Shown here in pieces: positions 16,879 through 31,263 of a DNA stretch of 64,000 bases. The notes beneath the pieces were generated by a model that was given only the letters and a program-made list of their open reading frames with translations, was not told the DNA's origin and made no database searches. The position numbers and the translations under genes were made by a program. This DNA comes from Eledone cirrhosa (lineage: Eukaryota). The first letter of the stretch is position 1. Each line of letters opens with the position of its first letter. The stretch lies in NCBI GenBank assembly GCA_964016885.1, contig OZ024756.1:5952001-6016000 (forward strand), in the 5' to 3' direction.

Positions 16879-18714
16879 ATGGCGGAAAAGATGGCAGACA
16901 TGTCTGGCATTAGCTCTGCCACGCCCCCCAAGTCTGAAGAACAAAAAATAATTACAACAAAATTAGACAACGAAACAAAAAAGGAAAATGAAAAAACAAA
17001 TGTTAAGGAAAACGAGCAAACGGAAAACAAACAAACAGAAAATAATACAAATAACAACAGGGCAACTTTCGCTCAGAAAACAAAACAATCCATAACATAC
17101 ACACCAATTGACTTAACTGCCGCCAGAGAAGAACTGGCCGAAGCGAAAAAACAAATAGTCTTGGGGGAGAACGGAATGTTTTCCATTAACTCCCCCGCCC
17201 CCAGAATTCAAGAAAGCCAGAACAGAGAGCACAGTTCTCTTCAGAACTATACTGAACCAGACAAGAAAGCCAGCACAGCCCAGCCAAATGGAAATAGAGT
17301 TGGTCCTAAAAGACTATATGAAGAATATTCTCTTCATACGAAAGGACCGACTCTATGGCAGCATTTCGGTCCTAACAAAAGACAAGGAAACGGCGGAGAA
17401 GCTTTCCCTAAGCCCACTCTCATCGACAACATACAGCTTCTATCCCTCCTACATGGGTAGAAGAACACAGAGAGTAAAAGTAAAAACAATGCTGCCCACA
17501 ATGGACTTCTGGTGGGCTATTGCTGGCTTCATAGACATGGGCGAAGACACAATGCTGTGAATGGGGAAGGCAACTTGAGATGCGTTCCTGGGAATGGGCC
17601 TCGACATACTAGTCCAAATGAGGCCCGAAAGAATAGCACAAATCCCGGATCGCATCTGGCTGGATGACCTTACCCCAATAGATATAATTGTAGAGGGGAG
17701 AAGACCAGCATGCTATTTATGCATGGAAAGGGGACACGTTAAGGCTAACTGCCCGAAACGTATCCCCCCAAAAAGGACTATTGCCCACACCCACCACAAA
17801 CAGTACACCAACACCACCCACCTCCAAAAATACACTAATACCACACACAGCAAACAAAATACAGACACCACCTACCACAAACACAACACAAACATCACCA
17901 CCACCAGCACCAAACACAAGCACGACACAAAAATCACCACCACCAACCACAACACAAACATCACCACCACCATCACCAACCACAAGCACGGCACAAACAT
18001 TACCACCACCACCACAAAACCCATTCCAAACAAATAATAAAAAAAACAGTAACAAATCTACCCCTCCCGCAAAAAAAAACAACCACACAACACGTCCCTC
18101 CCACCTAGCGCTGAAGAGTTTCCCCCAACTTCTGAAGAAGAAGGAGGAGAAGCCTTCAGACAAGTTAAAAGAAAAAAAAGAAAACACACACCCAACACAC
18201 CACAAATAACCCACACACAAACACCAACTCCAATCAAAAACACCCACCCTCAACAAACAAAAATAAATCTGCGCCTCCCCTCTCCGAAACATTGACAGCA
18301 TCACAAAAAAAGACGTTGCAATACACATATATAAATAAAGAAAACAAAAAACTGGTTAAATTAATAAACAATAACCCTATGGTGCAGACCGAAGGGCCAA
18401 ACTTTATCTCAACAGAGAACTTCACCCATTTAAAAATGATAAAGGTCCGTCTGGACCTTTATCGTTCCTTAAAAGAACAATTTAGACGGGACGTGAGCCC
18501 CCCCTGTTTAAAACCGTTAAATCGCGTCCTCTTGAAAGATTTCCCCATAACCGCCCCTCTCCCTGACACAACTCCAAATACCCCAACCCCACCACACACG
18601 GGTACCCCCACACCACCACAAAACATCCCTCCACCCAACACACCTGATGCCATCGAAATTACACAACCCGGAGAGGTAGGTGCTTTTCTTTCTTCACTTT
18701 CAACACCAAAATAG
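16879..18714 (+). pseudogene. Tx1 ORF1 gag-like protein, frameshifted
   Basis: CYLCMERGHVKANC (CX2CX4HX4C knuckle) and a Pro/Thr-rich tail, split over several ORFs. Confidence 0.8.
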
Positions 18715-21700
18715 ATCAATTGAGAGTTGGCTGTTTGAACGCGCGTGGCCTGGGCTCAGCTTGGAAGCAAGCAAAGCTTCTAAATGACCTCAGGTCACAA
18801 ATTATAGATGTGATGGTTGTTTGCAAGAGTCGGATCAGCAGCGTGAGACAGCTGGCGCCCACCTTCGATGACTTTGAGATGCACGCATCTCTCTGTCAAC
18901 CCGGAGGCGGGGGGGGTGGGTGCCGTACTGCTGGATAAACGTCTGGCTCTCGACGTACAGATTGTTCACTCGGACCCGGGGGGTCGATTACTGGTGATGG
19001 ACGTCGGAGGCGGTGAAGGCGGGGCTTTCAGACTGGTCGGTCTTTATGCCCCCTTCGGGGCTGAAAGAGCCGACTTCTTCCAGCGTCTGGAGACTTTTCT
19101 AGGAACGTCGCGTTCCCTGCTTTTAGTGGGGGACTGGAATGGAATCCTAGATGCACGTTGGGACTATGCAGGGGCATGTCCCAATAGAGGGGGGTGTAGC
19201 AGCCTCAAGGGGTTACTCGATCTATTCGACCTGGTCGTTAGATTTCGACTAGATTGTCCAACTGCGCCAACCTGGACCTGGGCAAACCGCAGTGGACAAT
19301 CTAGATCGTACCTAGATAGGTTTTTGGTTAGGAGTAAGGATAGGGACGTATTTAGTTGTCCAGAATTGATCATGGTTGGCTATTCAGATCACAAATTAGT
19401 GACCTGCATGGTCAACCTTGATAGAACGCATAGACAGGGTCCCGGTTACTGGAAGATGAACTTGTCCTTGCCGGCAAAGAAAGATTACAGGAACCGGATT
19501 AGTAGCTTAGTTAAGATGCGGTTGACGGGAGCGATCGTCAACATTAGGTGGTGGGTATCTCTAAAGAGAGAGATTAGAGTAAGTTCGATAGGTTACAGTA
19601 AGGAACTAGCGGCGAATAGAAATAGGAAGGAAAGGGAGTTAGGCGATTAGGAGCGGAGACGTAGCCAGAGTGTTAACGGCGAGAACGGCGTTGAGCCAGT
19701 TCTTTGACGCGAAGCACGAAGGCTGCGTTGTCCGAAGTAAAATACGTGCTTTAGGAAACGAGGGGACCAAAGCTGTTAGCTGGGCCCGCGTGACAGAAGC
19801 CAAGAGTGGGATTAAATCCACCATTCGGTCTTTGCGAGACCAGGATGGACGGGTGATCCTTGAACCTGAGCGGATGTGCGAGGCCTTTCAAAGGCACTTT
19901 GCTCGACTGTTCGGAGGGGCCGGGGGGCCGGACGGGGATGTGGACTTCGGTCCATACCTCGACGGTCTACCGCGTCTTTCGAGCAGCGAAGCGGAGTGCT
20001 GCGAAAGGTCAATCACAGCCACTGAAATCGGGGAAGCGCTCAGCCAATGCAGCAGACGCAAATCCCCGGGTCTCGATAGTCTACCATACGAACTTTATTT
20101 AGCTATGCCGGTCTTGTTCTCCGAACTCCTCGAGGCTGTCTATTGCAACTGGCAACAGAACGGGAGAATTCCCTGTTCTGTGACCAAGGGTGTGGTCACG
20201 CTAGTGAGGAAGGACGAGAGCAAGGGGGACGACTTAAGTAACTTTAGGCCCATAACTCTGCTGAATGCAGAGTTACAGATTTTGGCCAAGGTGTTGGCGA
20301 AGAGGTTGGCGCTTGTGGTGGATGGTTTGGTGGGAGACACGCAGACATGCGCTATCCCGTCCAGGTCCATTCACGACAACCTCCACCTCATGCGATACAT
20401 CATAGAGAGGGTTGGCAACGAACCCGGCTTTGGTGGGGCCCTGATCAACTTGGATCACTCTAAGGCGTTCGATAGGGTCGACCATGGTTACCTGGATGCG
20501 GTGCTAGCGGCGGCGGGCTTCGGACCCGTTTTCAGGGGCTGGATTTCTGCCATGCACAGTGGCAACATCTACTCTAGGATTAAAGTAAACGGCTACCTCT
20601 CGGAGCCGTTTCAAATCACCCGGTCCATCAGTCAGGGGTGCCCCCTCTCCTCCCTTCTGTACGTATTGACTCTCGAGCCACTGCTGCGGAAGTTGGAGTT
20701 GCTGCGGGCATACCCCTGGAACCGGGATTGCACAAAGCGGTCTCGGCCTATGCCGACGACGTAACAGTAATGGTGGCGGACGCCTCGGAAATCGGGGCGA
20801 TCGCCAACCTACTGGAGGAATACTAAAGGCTGTCGGGGGCTAGGCTGAACCAGGACAAGTCAGTCGGTTTGCAACTCGGAACGTGGAGGGGCAAACCGAT
20901 GCCGTTAGACGGTGTCGTCGGGCGGTGGACGGAGGGCCCGGTGAAGCTGCTCGGGGTCTGGTTCAGACCGGACCTCCAGGTGGAGAAGAATTGGGGCGAG
21001 GTGACGAGCAGGGTGTTTGCGCTGACCCAGAAGTGGGCCAAGTGCAAACTATCACTGAAAGGTCGGGCGGAGGTGACGAACGCTTACATAGCGTCCGTCA
21101 TCTACTACCGCCTTACCGTCGTGCCTTGCCCCAAGGAAAAGCTCACCATCATGGAACGCATGCTCTTCCAGTTCCTCTGGAAGAAGCGGCCTCCCATGGT
21201 GAGGAGATCCATCTGCTGCCAGCACACTTCGAAAGGAGGGCTGTGTATGCCGTGGCTGTTGATGCGTAGGCACGCATTGAGGCTACGGCATCTACAGGTA
21301 TTCCTCAACGGTCAGCCGGTGTGGGCCCCGTTTGTGAGGCGAGCCTTCCCACAGCTCGTCTCGCTCACCGAACTGCAATCCTGGGTGAAGCAAAGACCGT
21401 TAATACTGGGCAACTGGCACACCGAGTGTGCCCAGGCACTCACGGCTATCTGGCAAGCGGACCCGACTATCAGTGGAGAATCCACCTCGACATTCTATAG
21501 AGGGTTGGTGGCTAGCAAGGGCGACGACACCCTTGGAGAGTCGCTAGGCATGGAGGAGGACGAACTGGCCAGCCTGTTCGGTAGAACTTTCGGCCCGGTA
21601 CCCATGGACAACTTCCAGAGGTCCCTAGCCTGGCAGTGTTACCGGGGGGCTCTGCCCGTTCGAGAAAAGCTCTACAGACACGGGCGCCCGGGCAGGGATC

Positions 21701-22131
21701 CCGCGGAAAAGATCTGTCCCAGATGCGCGCGCGACGAGGAAACCGTTGCGCATGCACTGGTACACTGCCCGGGCGTTGCCGATCTGTGGGGCTACGTCGA
21801 TCGACTGCTGTCGCGTGTGGCGCCGATTCGATTAACCGCCGAGTCTGTGGTGAACATCAAGCCGCCTCCTCCCTTCAGAAATGAAGCAGAGGCGGTCTTT
21901 CTGTGCGTAATAGCCATGATGAAAGAGGTTGTGTGGTGGACGCGCCTGAAAGGTCTGAGGTCGGGTGACTTTCTCTCCGGCCATCACCTGGTTTACTTCT
22001 TCCGATACCACTTCGGAAGAAGGATCAGGATGGAGAGAGAAGTGCTTGGCCCCAGACAGTTTTATGAAAGGTGGATGAAAGAAGCGAGAATGGCCCGTGT
22101 AAATGGGCCTTCTCTCTACATTGTTCTGTAG
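18711..22131 (+). pseudogene. Tx1 ORF2: APE endonuclease + reverse transcriptase + C-terminal zinc finger, disrupted
   Basis: GCLNARGL, GDWN, YLDRF, SDHK (APE); KSPGLD, FRPITLLN, SKAFDRV, QGCPLS, YADD (RT); CPRC..ETVAHALVHC. Several frameshifts and stops. Confidence 0.92.
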
Positions 22132-23269
22132 GTGAAGAAGTGAAGAGGAAAGGGGGAGCGCCTCCTCTCTGGGCTTCCCCCGCGAAAAGAGTTGCACACT
22201 TTTCGGGGGTATGTGCAATCCCCAACACGCCCCTCCCTTTTGAGGACTTTTTATTGTTATATTATTATTGTTATTCCTTTTTTCTTTACTCGATTTATGT
22301 AAACTCCCCCACTGTGTAAATGTCCCCTTCTTTTGTGCCCTCGTGGCAAATAAATAGAAATTTATCTATCTATCTATCTATCTATCTCTATATCTATATG
22401 TCTGTCTCTTTGTCTGTCTATCTATGTATCTATCTATATGTTTATCTGGCTTTCCGTATGCTTGTCTATATGTCTGTCTGTCTATTTATCTAACCTTCCA
22501 TCCACCGTTCTATCTATCTATCTATCTAGCTATATATCTATCTATCTTTCATTTTCTGAAAAAAAAAAAGAATATTGGTAGCGTTTCAAATGGGGAGGAA
22601 TGGTCTGCGCTTGTTTTAAACTGCTCAAGACAGATATGTGTCAGGTCAGTGGCCCTACCTCTCCATCAGGAGATAGGAGCCATTTGTCTTTTGTTTTTTT
22701 TCTATAATAACTCCATTGGATGTACTTTAATATCCGTAGTATTTACTTGACGAGATGGTACATCTCAATCTTTCTTATTATTGATTTATTTTTGGTGAGA
22801 CATTAAAAAATCGAAGTTAATAACTTTGCTTCGTTGGTTCTTCAAACTTTTATAGTACATTCTATTTTCGTGTGAAATTTGGATTTGGCAATGTAAGCCA
22901 TAAACCTCTCATCAGATGTCAACTGACATAGCACTTTTCCCACCTACCCACCTTATATCTATACCTGATGTCTTACTGGCTACATGGCAAAAGATGGAGA
23001 TTCAGCACGCTTTTTTTTTAACGAATCTGTCTTAAATATTTGACCCTTTTGATACCAAATAACCTGAAAGCTCCGCTGGTAACGTAACACAGACTGGCGC
23101 TTCAAGTATGTTTTTTTTTAACTATTCCGTTTTAAATATTTAACCCTTTTGATACCAAATTACCCTGGTAACATAATACAAAATGGAGCTTCGTGATTTT
23201 TTTTTATTATTATCTTTTGGTGGGGGAGAGAAATTCTTACCGCTTTCTGCAACTATGTTTCATTGACAT

Positions 23270-23845
23270 TATATACGCCGAGGTTAACTTTGCCTTTCAT
23301 CCTTACACGGTCGATAAAATAAAGTACCAGTTTAAGCATGTGTATATAGAAACACGGCCATTTACGTGGAGTTACGGCCATTTACTTTCTGAATTAAAAT
23401 CCCGACGAGGTTAACTTTGCCTCTCGTCCTTACGGGGTCGATAAAATAAAGTACCAGTAATACACTGGGGTAATTGCTGGCCTTGTGTCAAGAGTAGAAA
23501 CTAATATATATACGCATGCTTTGTGGCATAGTGTTACGTTCTAAATTCAAATCCGACGATGTAAACTTTCCCTTTCGTCCTTACGGGGTTGATAACATAA
23601 AGTACCAGTAATGTACTGGGGTAATTGCTGGCCTTGTTCCAAGAGTAGAAACAATTATATACACATGCTTTGTGGCACAGAGTTACGGCCATTTACATTC
23701 CGACTTCAAATCCCGGAGAGGTTAACTTTGCCTTTCATCCTTACAGGGTCGATAAAATAAAGTATTAGTAATTCATTGGGGTCGATTTAATCGACTTTCC
23801 CCTCGCATCAAAAACTTGCTGGCCTTGTGCCTATAGTAGAAATAA
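23270..23845 (+). mobile_element. Tandem cluster of ~4 head-truncated family A SINE copies
   Basis: Repeated TCAAATCCC..GAGGTTAACTTTGCCTTTCATCCTTACGGGGTCGATAAAATAAAGTACCAG..GCTGGCCTTGTG. Confidence 0.8.
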
Positions 23846-23899
23846 ATACATCCTTACTGTTTGGATAAGGTATTCTTTTATAATGTTCCAATTACTCAG

Positions 23900-23958
<59 letters not shown>

Positions 23959-23961
23959 TAT

Positions 23962-26900
23962 TGTTCTTTGGGTCTCAATCATTGATATTAGTTAACTGGA
24001 AAGTTTGTTGAAATGAATATCAAGCCACTACCTGCAGCCTCAGATATTCAGGACGTATCGCAGGGTTCTTGCTGTTCTCAGCAAGCATGCCTATTGAAGC
24101 GTTCCAAAAAGCGTGGCGGGGCCTATTTTCTTTAACCATCCCTGGAAACTTTTTGAGATAGTACCTAGTGCGCCTATGACAATCGGGACCACTTTGACTT
24201 CATGGCAGTTCCAAATCCTTTCTACCTCCCACTTTAAGTCCTGGTATCGGTTAATTTTCTCCCTCTCCTTCTCTTGCACTCTCGTGTCTAATGGGCAGGC
24301 CACATCCACAATCAAGCACGATCTATTTTCCTTGTCCAAAACCACCAGGTCAGGTCTATTGTGTTCCAGTTTCTTGTCCGTCTGTATCCTAAAATCCCAC
24401 AACACCTTCACCTGATCGTTTTCTATCACCGACTCTGGCTTATGCTCATACCACTTCTCAGAATGTGGTAAATTGTTTACTTTGCATAGGTGCCAATGAA
24501 TCACCCTGCCCATCATATCATGTCTCCGGCCTTTATAGTGAGTCTGGGCTAGGTGTTTATACTTGGATACAATGTGAGCCACAGTCTCCACTCTCTCTCC
24601 ACAGATCCTGCACAGTAGGCTAGCCTCCTCCTTGTAAATATGGCGTTTCAGCCACTTCGTTTTGAGGGCCTTCTCTTGCGCAGCCATTAGCATTCCTTCT
24701 GTAGCCTTTTTAAGGTCTCCTCTTCTCAACCAGTTCCATGTCTGTGGATCTCTGAATTCAGTTTTCTCAGAGAAGGTAATATGAAGGGATTTTTCATGAA
24801 GGCTGCTCTTTCTCCTCGTTGTTATTTCCTCCTTGGACATCCCCTAGGCTATTGTCCTCTCCTTCAGTACAATTCTGAGCATTGGCTCCTTACTATCACT
24901 CACGTATTTGTGTAGGTTGTTTTTCTCCATCTGAACACAGTCCTCTATGCTGATAAGACCTCTTCCACCTTCAGATCTCCTTAAGTAGAGTCTATCGACA
25001 TCACTCCTCTTGTGGAATATGTTGTAGATAGTCAATAGCCTCCTAGTCTTCCTATCCATTTCTTTTTGTTCAGTAACATTCCATCTCAGAATTCCCGCAC
25101 TGTACCTAATAATAGACACAGCTCGGGAATTTACTGCACTTATGGCATTCCTACTGTTCAGATGTGACTTTAATACGCTCCTTACTCTCCGAATGTATTC
25201 AGATCTTATCAATTCCTTCATTTTTTGGTTCTTGATGTCATCAGCCTCCAGAACACCCAAATACTTGTATTCTTCGTCAGAGTCAATTTCCTTTATCATC
25301 TCACCTGCTGGTACCTGGATTCCGTTGCTTCTGCACAATTTACCCCTCTTCATCTCAAGGACTCCACACTTACTAATACCAAATTGCATACATATATCAT
25401 TGCTGAAAATACATAGTGTCAACAAGCAAATCCAACTCCTTCTCACTCTTCCCGAAGAGCTTAAGATCGTTCATGAAGAGGAGGGGGTTAATGGTAAGCT
25501 CTCCCTTTCCCAACTTGTATCCTGCTCTCACTTTTCGCAGTATAATGGTCAGGGGCATCAGGTCAAGGACAAACAACAGAGGGGACAGACTATCTCCCTG
25601 GAAGATACCTTTCTTGATCTTCACGCCTCCCAAGGATTCTCCAGCTGATGTTAACTCTGTTTTCCAGGACTTCATACTTTTGCTCAACAACTGTCTGATG
25701 TTATCTGCCACCTTGAAGATCACTAGGGTTTTGGTGATCCAAGAATGAGGCACCATGTCAAATGCCTTTTTGTAGTCTATCCATCCCATGGCAAGACCAG
25801 AGTGTCTCCTCTTGCAATTCCTCATTACCATCTTATCAATAAGTAACTGGTCCTTTGTACCCCGGGACTTCTTTCGGTATCCTTTCTGCCCGTCCGGTAA
25901 CAAGTTGTTTGTGTGGAGGTGATGGTAGATTTCCTCAGACACAATGCTTGTCAACAGTTTCCACATTACGGACAGAAATGTGATAGGTCTATAGTTGGTA
26001 ACATCATTACCCTTGATTCGGTCTTTCATTACCAGAACTGTGGTACCTTTTGTCAACCACTCTGGTACCTCACCCGACATCAAGCAGTCATTGAACATGG
26101 TTGTCAGTTTCGGGTGGAGGGATGTTATATTTTTAATCCAATACTCCTGCACACCATCTGGGCCTGGTGATTTCCAGTTGGTTAGTTTTTTGGCCTGCCC
26201 CTTAAGAGTTTCAACTGTGATATTCAAATCAGTTTGTTGGTGTGCCTGTTCACTAATCTCCTTTTGTACTGTCTCAATCCACACCGCCTGGTCATTATGT
26301 TTAACATCCTGCTCCCATATTCCTCTCCAGAATGTCTTAGTTTGTTCCGCCTCAGGGATCAAGTTGTTGCCTCTTTCTTTCCCTTCAAGCTGTCCAAACA
26401 ACATCTTCTGGTTGTTGTCAAACATGCGGTTCTGTCTATACTGACTGACTCTGCTCTCGTATCGCTTAATTTTGCACTCTTTGCTACAATGCGTTGCTTC
26501 AGTTCCTCTATGATAATATTTAGCTTTTTCCTCCTAGTTTTGTACTTTATTTTCAGTCTATTTTTAGTGTCTATGTTTTTTAGTGTCCCATTCAGTAGAG
26601 ACTCAAGCTTTCCAATGTCATTTCTCATTTCCCTGATTTGACCATTCAGTCGTTTCTTCCACCAAGGTTCTGATCTTTCTTATTTGTTGTTTCCTCTCGC
26701 TTTTATGCCAAGTAATTTCCTCACCGCATTTGCTGTTGCTTTGAGGATATTGTTGCACTGGTGAAGGCTCCTCGCCTCAAGGTATGGGATGACTTTGTTT
26801 ACCTTAGCTGTTGTTTCTTTTAACTTTTTCCTGTCTACAAATATTAGGTTCATAGGTGTCCCACTATCATTGTTCATTTCATCTACCACTAAGTTTAGGA

Positions 26901-27332
26901 TATCAACCAAATCTTGTCCTAGCCCGTCAGCATTCATCTCCTCATAGGCCGTATCTTTGTTCCAGGTATTATTTATTTCAGCATTCAGATCATTGTCTGC
27001 TTCGGATGCTTCCTCCGTTCTCTCAACCCCTTCACTTTTATTTCCCACTGGCTCGTTTGCCTGGTATACTCCACTCTCCATTTCCAACCTAATCTCCCTG
27101 CTCAGTTCCTCCAGTTCCAGCTCGCTTATCCACCCATTAGTTCTTATTACCCGAGCCTGCCCGGCCAATTTTTGTTTAATAGACCAATCTCGTTCCAGAT
27201 GTTATGCATCCGTTTCCTATAGCCTTTATCCTTGGGGTTGCTCTTCAGGTAACATTGCATAACAGTTCTATTCAATTCTTTCGTCCAGTTGGTTCTGGTC
27301 TCTTTCCTTCTTCTTCTTCCTCCGACACCAGC

Positions 27333-27334
<2 letters not shown>
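23962..27334 (-). mobile_element. Dong/R4-clade non-LTR retrotransposon (RT + restriction-like endonuclease)
   Basis: N-terminus WTKELNRTVMQCYLKSNP..GYRKRMHNIW; RT NWKSPGPDG, YRPIT, WIDYKKAFDMVPH, GIFQGDSLSPLLF, FMNDLK; CRIC..ETVAHI, RRHD, LWDF, RPDLVV..VDVA..EKINRY. In element sense the 5' flank is (TAA)n and the 3' flank is (TGA)n. Confidence 0.9.
24040..27334 (-). pseudogene. Single RT-RLE ORF of the Dong/R4 element, with frameshifts and stops
   Basis: ORF pieces 26680-27168, 26359-26628, 25397-26425, 24844-25446 and 24091-24840 are collinear. The ORF ends LQ*ACLLRTARTLRYVLNI*. Confidence 0.88.
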
Positions 27335-27395
<61 letters not shown>

Positions 27396-27396
27396 G

Positions 27397-27580
27397 GGGA
27401 TTGGCAGTACCGGTAGAGGGTCGGACGCCGTGCTTTGCAGCCAAGAATTTCGCCCCTTTATTGGTCTAAATTCAAATCCCGCCGAGGTTAATTTTGCCTT
27501 TCATCCTTACGGGGTCGATAAAATAAAGTACCAGTAATGTACTGGGATAATTGCTGGCCTTGTGCCAAAAGTAGAAACAT
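27397..27580 (+). mobile_element. tRNA-derived SINE, family A (full length)
   Basis: A-box TGGCAGTACCGG, B-box-like TTCAAATCC, and core GCCTTTCATCCTTACGGGGTCGATAAAATAAAGTACCAG (resembles the MetaSINE domain, from memory). Confidence 0.85.
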
Positions 27581-28114
27581 TTATTATTATTATTAGGATA
27601 GGCGTTCGTGAAGGGAGGTTCCGCTGTATATGTCTGTACTCTACGGACAGTGTCGATGTTGATTGACTTATTACAGACTTGAAAATATAAATTCCTATAC
27701 TGAGACCAGGAAAGATTTCCTGATTTCTTCATCTTATTTCAACATCTTAAAGTATCGTCTAAATTTCTTTTTAGATAAGATGATGATACGGGTGTAGAAG
27801 GGTAGGCTGAAAAGTTGATAGCCTGACTACGCAGAAGTGATGCTGGAGGTGTGAAATCTTGCATGCATTAATGTCAACTCTTCTTATTAATAACTGGATT
27901 GTTTCTTTCCAAGGACTATGTTGAAAAGTGAACCATATTTGGTCATTCCATGAGAACATTTTGGAGAACCAATGGACTTTTCACCCGACACTCATATAAA
28001 CAGTCACCCTTATTCCAATCATATACAAAAAGTCCCAAGTTCTCTTTTTATTAATGTCTTTTAAACTGCATCTCTCCGAATTGTACTTTCTGTTCGTATA
28101 TTTTCTTCATTGGG

Positions 28115-28159
<45 letters not shown>

Positions 28160-28332
28160 ATTCCGGGTTGAATCGGAGGTAACCACAGTATGTAAGGTAC
28201 TCAATACATAGCAGCGTATAGATCTTTTAAACGAATACAGTTTTACAATAGATTAGATGCACTCGACTGTAGATTTTCCTGATTATTCAAAATATTCTCA
28301 TAATCAAAATATATATTTTATTATAGATATTT

Positions 28333-28890
<558 letters not shown>

Positions 28891-29249
28891 TAAGAACAAA
28901 GTAAATAAATACAATACAGAAGTAATAGAAATAAATAAATACATACACGCACACACATACCTACATATAAATACACGAATGTTCGGAGACGTAAGTCAAC
29001 TAAAACAAGAAGTACACATATACACGCACCCACCATACGTACGAACAGTCTTCAAAGTTATTATTATTACTATATATATATATCAAAGAAGAGAAATAGG
29101 ACGAAGGTAAACAATTACACTTTGATTACACTCCTCGTTTGTTCGTGTTTCCACTACAGAATCCCTACCAACCTGTCGAGTCACCTTAACGTATGTTGAG
29201 AACTTTCCTCACAACTTGTTCTACCAAGCTTTGGAATACTCCTAATAAC

Positions 29250-29306
<57 letters not shown>

Positions 29307-29451
29307 AGTTGAAGGAACTAGCATGGGTATTACTGCTATAACCGGTTGTACTCAATAGGTAATATTAAATAAACTCCCAGATTATACACATAGTTATTCG
29401 GTTCAATACAACACACTTAACAGCGTACCTTCTATATATATATATATATAT

Positions 29452-29715
29452 AATTCGTCCTTGAATTTGTTTTGCGAGATTTCTTATCTGAAATGTGTCT
29501 TGAAACAGATATTTTTATACTTTGGGAGGGTCATGTTGCCAATAAAAACATATGCACCTTAGATTTTCACTTCAGTTTATCGTAAATTTCCGGTTGATCG
29601 GTTGGTTCGATAACCGGAACGGTGTTTATATATTGTCACAACCTTTTCGTCATATATTCTGTAAAAATCAACAGGTGCGTGTGTTGTTGTTGGCAACCTG
29701 ACCCTCCCAAAGTAT

Positions 29716-29725
<10 letters not shown>
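29452..29725. mobile_element. Truncated inverted-repeat copy of the 34866-35354 family, between (TA)n tracts
   Basis: ATACTTTGGGAGGGTCA...TGACCCTCCCAAAGTAT. The left flank is the reverse complement of 35299-35354. Confidence 0.7.
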
Positions 29726-29755
<30 letters not shown>

Positions 29756-30035
29756 CAAGTTAAAGGCCGAAACACTAGCCTAAAGGATTTTTTTCTGTGA
29801 AGATCTTCTGATGTCCATCTCTCTTGAGAGTTTCTTACCAATTTCAAACTGCAATCATATCTTGGCTTTAAGATTGTAAAACGACGCCGTCTCTTATGAC
29901 TTAAACATTACAACTGTTGGGACGTATGCATTCAGATACACACACACACACACATGTATACACACAGATTAATATATATATATGTATGTCTCTCTCTCTC
30001 TCTCTCGCTCTCTCGCTAAATATATATATATATTT

Positions 30036-30070
<35 letters not shown>

Positions 30071-30075
30071 TACAT

Positions 30076-30135
<60 letters not shown>

Positions 30136-31263
30136 CAGAGAGAGGGAGGGAGTTAGTGTGTATGGAGAAATTAAGAAAGGGGCAAGAGAGACGGACAAAT
30201 AGAGAATTCGAGCGAGAGAGAGAGAGTGTTTGTGAGAGAGAGAGAGATAGGGAGATAGAGGGAGAGATATAGAGAGAAAGAGTGTGAGAGAGAGAGGTGG
30301 AGCAATAGCGAGAGAGAGAATGAGATTCCATTTCATGCAATAATAATTTTCAAGGTTTTCCAATTCCCAAACGAATGACATCAAACATTAAATATTGCTG
30401 ATTCTTAATGACATGGAAATATATGTCCACAAAAATTAAATAAACATTTCGAAATCAATTGAAACACATTTTTCCTTGTTATTAAATTGATAAAATAAAC
30501 TGACCTTCGTTGCAAAGTTTATTTTCTTTTTTTCATTTCAATTTTATTTTATTGTTAAAAATACATAGTGTAAGTAATTTGGTTTGATATTAAATACTTC
30601 AGTTGACGCCCAATATAAACTTCTCAAGGGATTCTGACTGAAAGAGAAATAAATGTTATTTTCCGTAACAGAATATCTGTGGATTATATTATCCTTGTCA
30701 CTTATAGGATTAAGTATTACTTACATTTATTGGTACAAGCTTTGAAAGCTAAACGTTTGAAATGTCATTCAGTGACGTTCAGATCCTAAATGTCCATAAA
30801 TTGAAACAAGAAAAACTAAGGACCAAAATTCTCCCCTAATATATGTCATTTGGTCCTTTAAGAAGTGAGAAGACCGAGGCAGTATTATTTGGTTCTCTTT
30901 TTCTTTCTTTCTTTCTTTAACTAATTATTGCTAGATCTGAAGGAAGGAGATTTGTCCGTGGTTTCCCAATGTCCTCCTTGATTGATGTCGTTGATATTCC
31001 GCTTAAACTACTGTAGATCAACGCCTGTAGGAAAGACAGAAGCAGTGAGAGGGGATCATTCTAAATGATCCACGTCTTGCTGAGAAAGAACTGTGTGTAG
31101 GGCTGCGGCGCGTAGTACCTGTTAAGTTGGACACATGGCAAATAAAAGGAGAAGAGATGGGTAGTTTGGCAGGACTTGAATGCAGATGGTAAACCGCTTC
31201 CCAGGTCAAAGGGCACAGACCATTATACTAAAGAAGACAAAAGGCACAGAAAGAAGCAGGGAG

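Larger units (their letters stand above)
16676..22361 (+). mobile_element. Near full-length Tx1-type (L1 group) non-LTR retrotransposon inserted in (TATC)n
   Basis: ORF1 zinc knuckle plus ORF2 APE-RT-zinc finger. AATAAA at 22349. (TATC)n lies on both flanks (16643-16675, 22363 onward). Confidence 0.9.

Noticed and set aside
18700-18730. Non-AUG start or recoding for Tx1 ORF2
   Set aside because: The in-frame ATA-GAT-CAA at 18711 is more simply a mutated ATG in a copy that has many other lesions.
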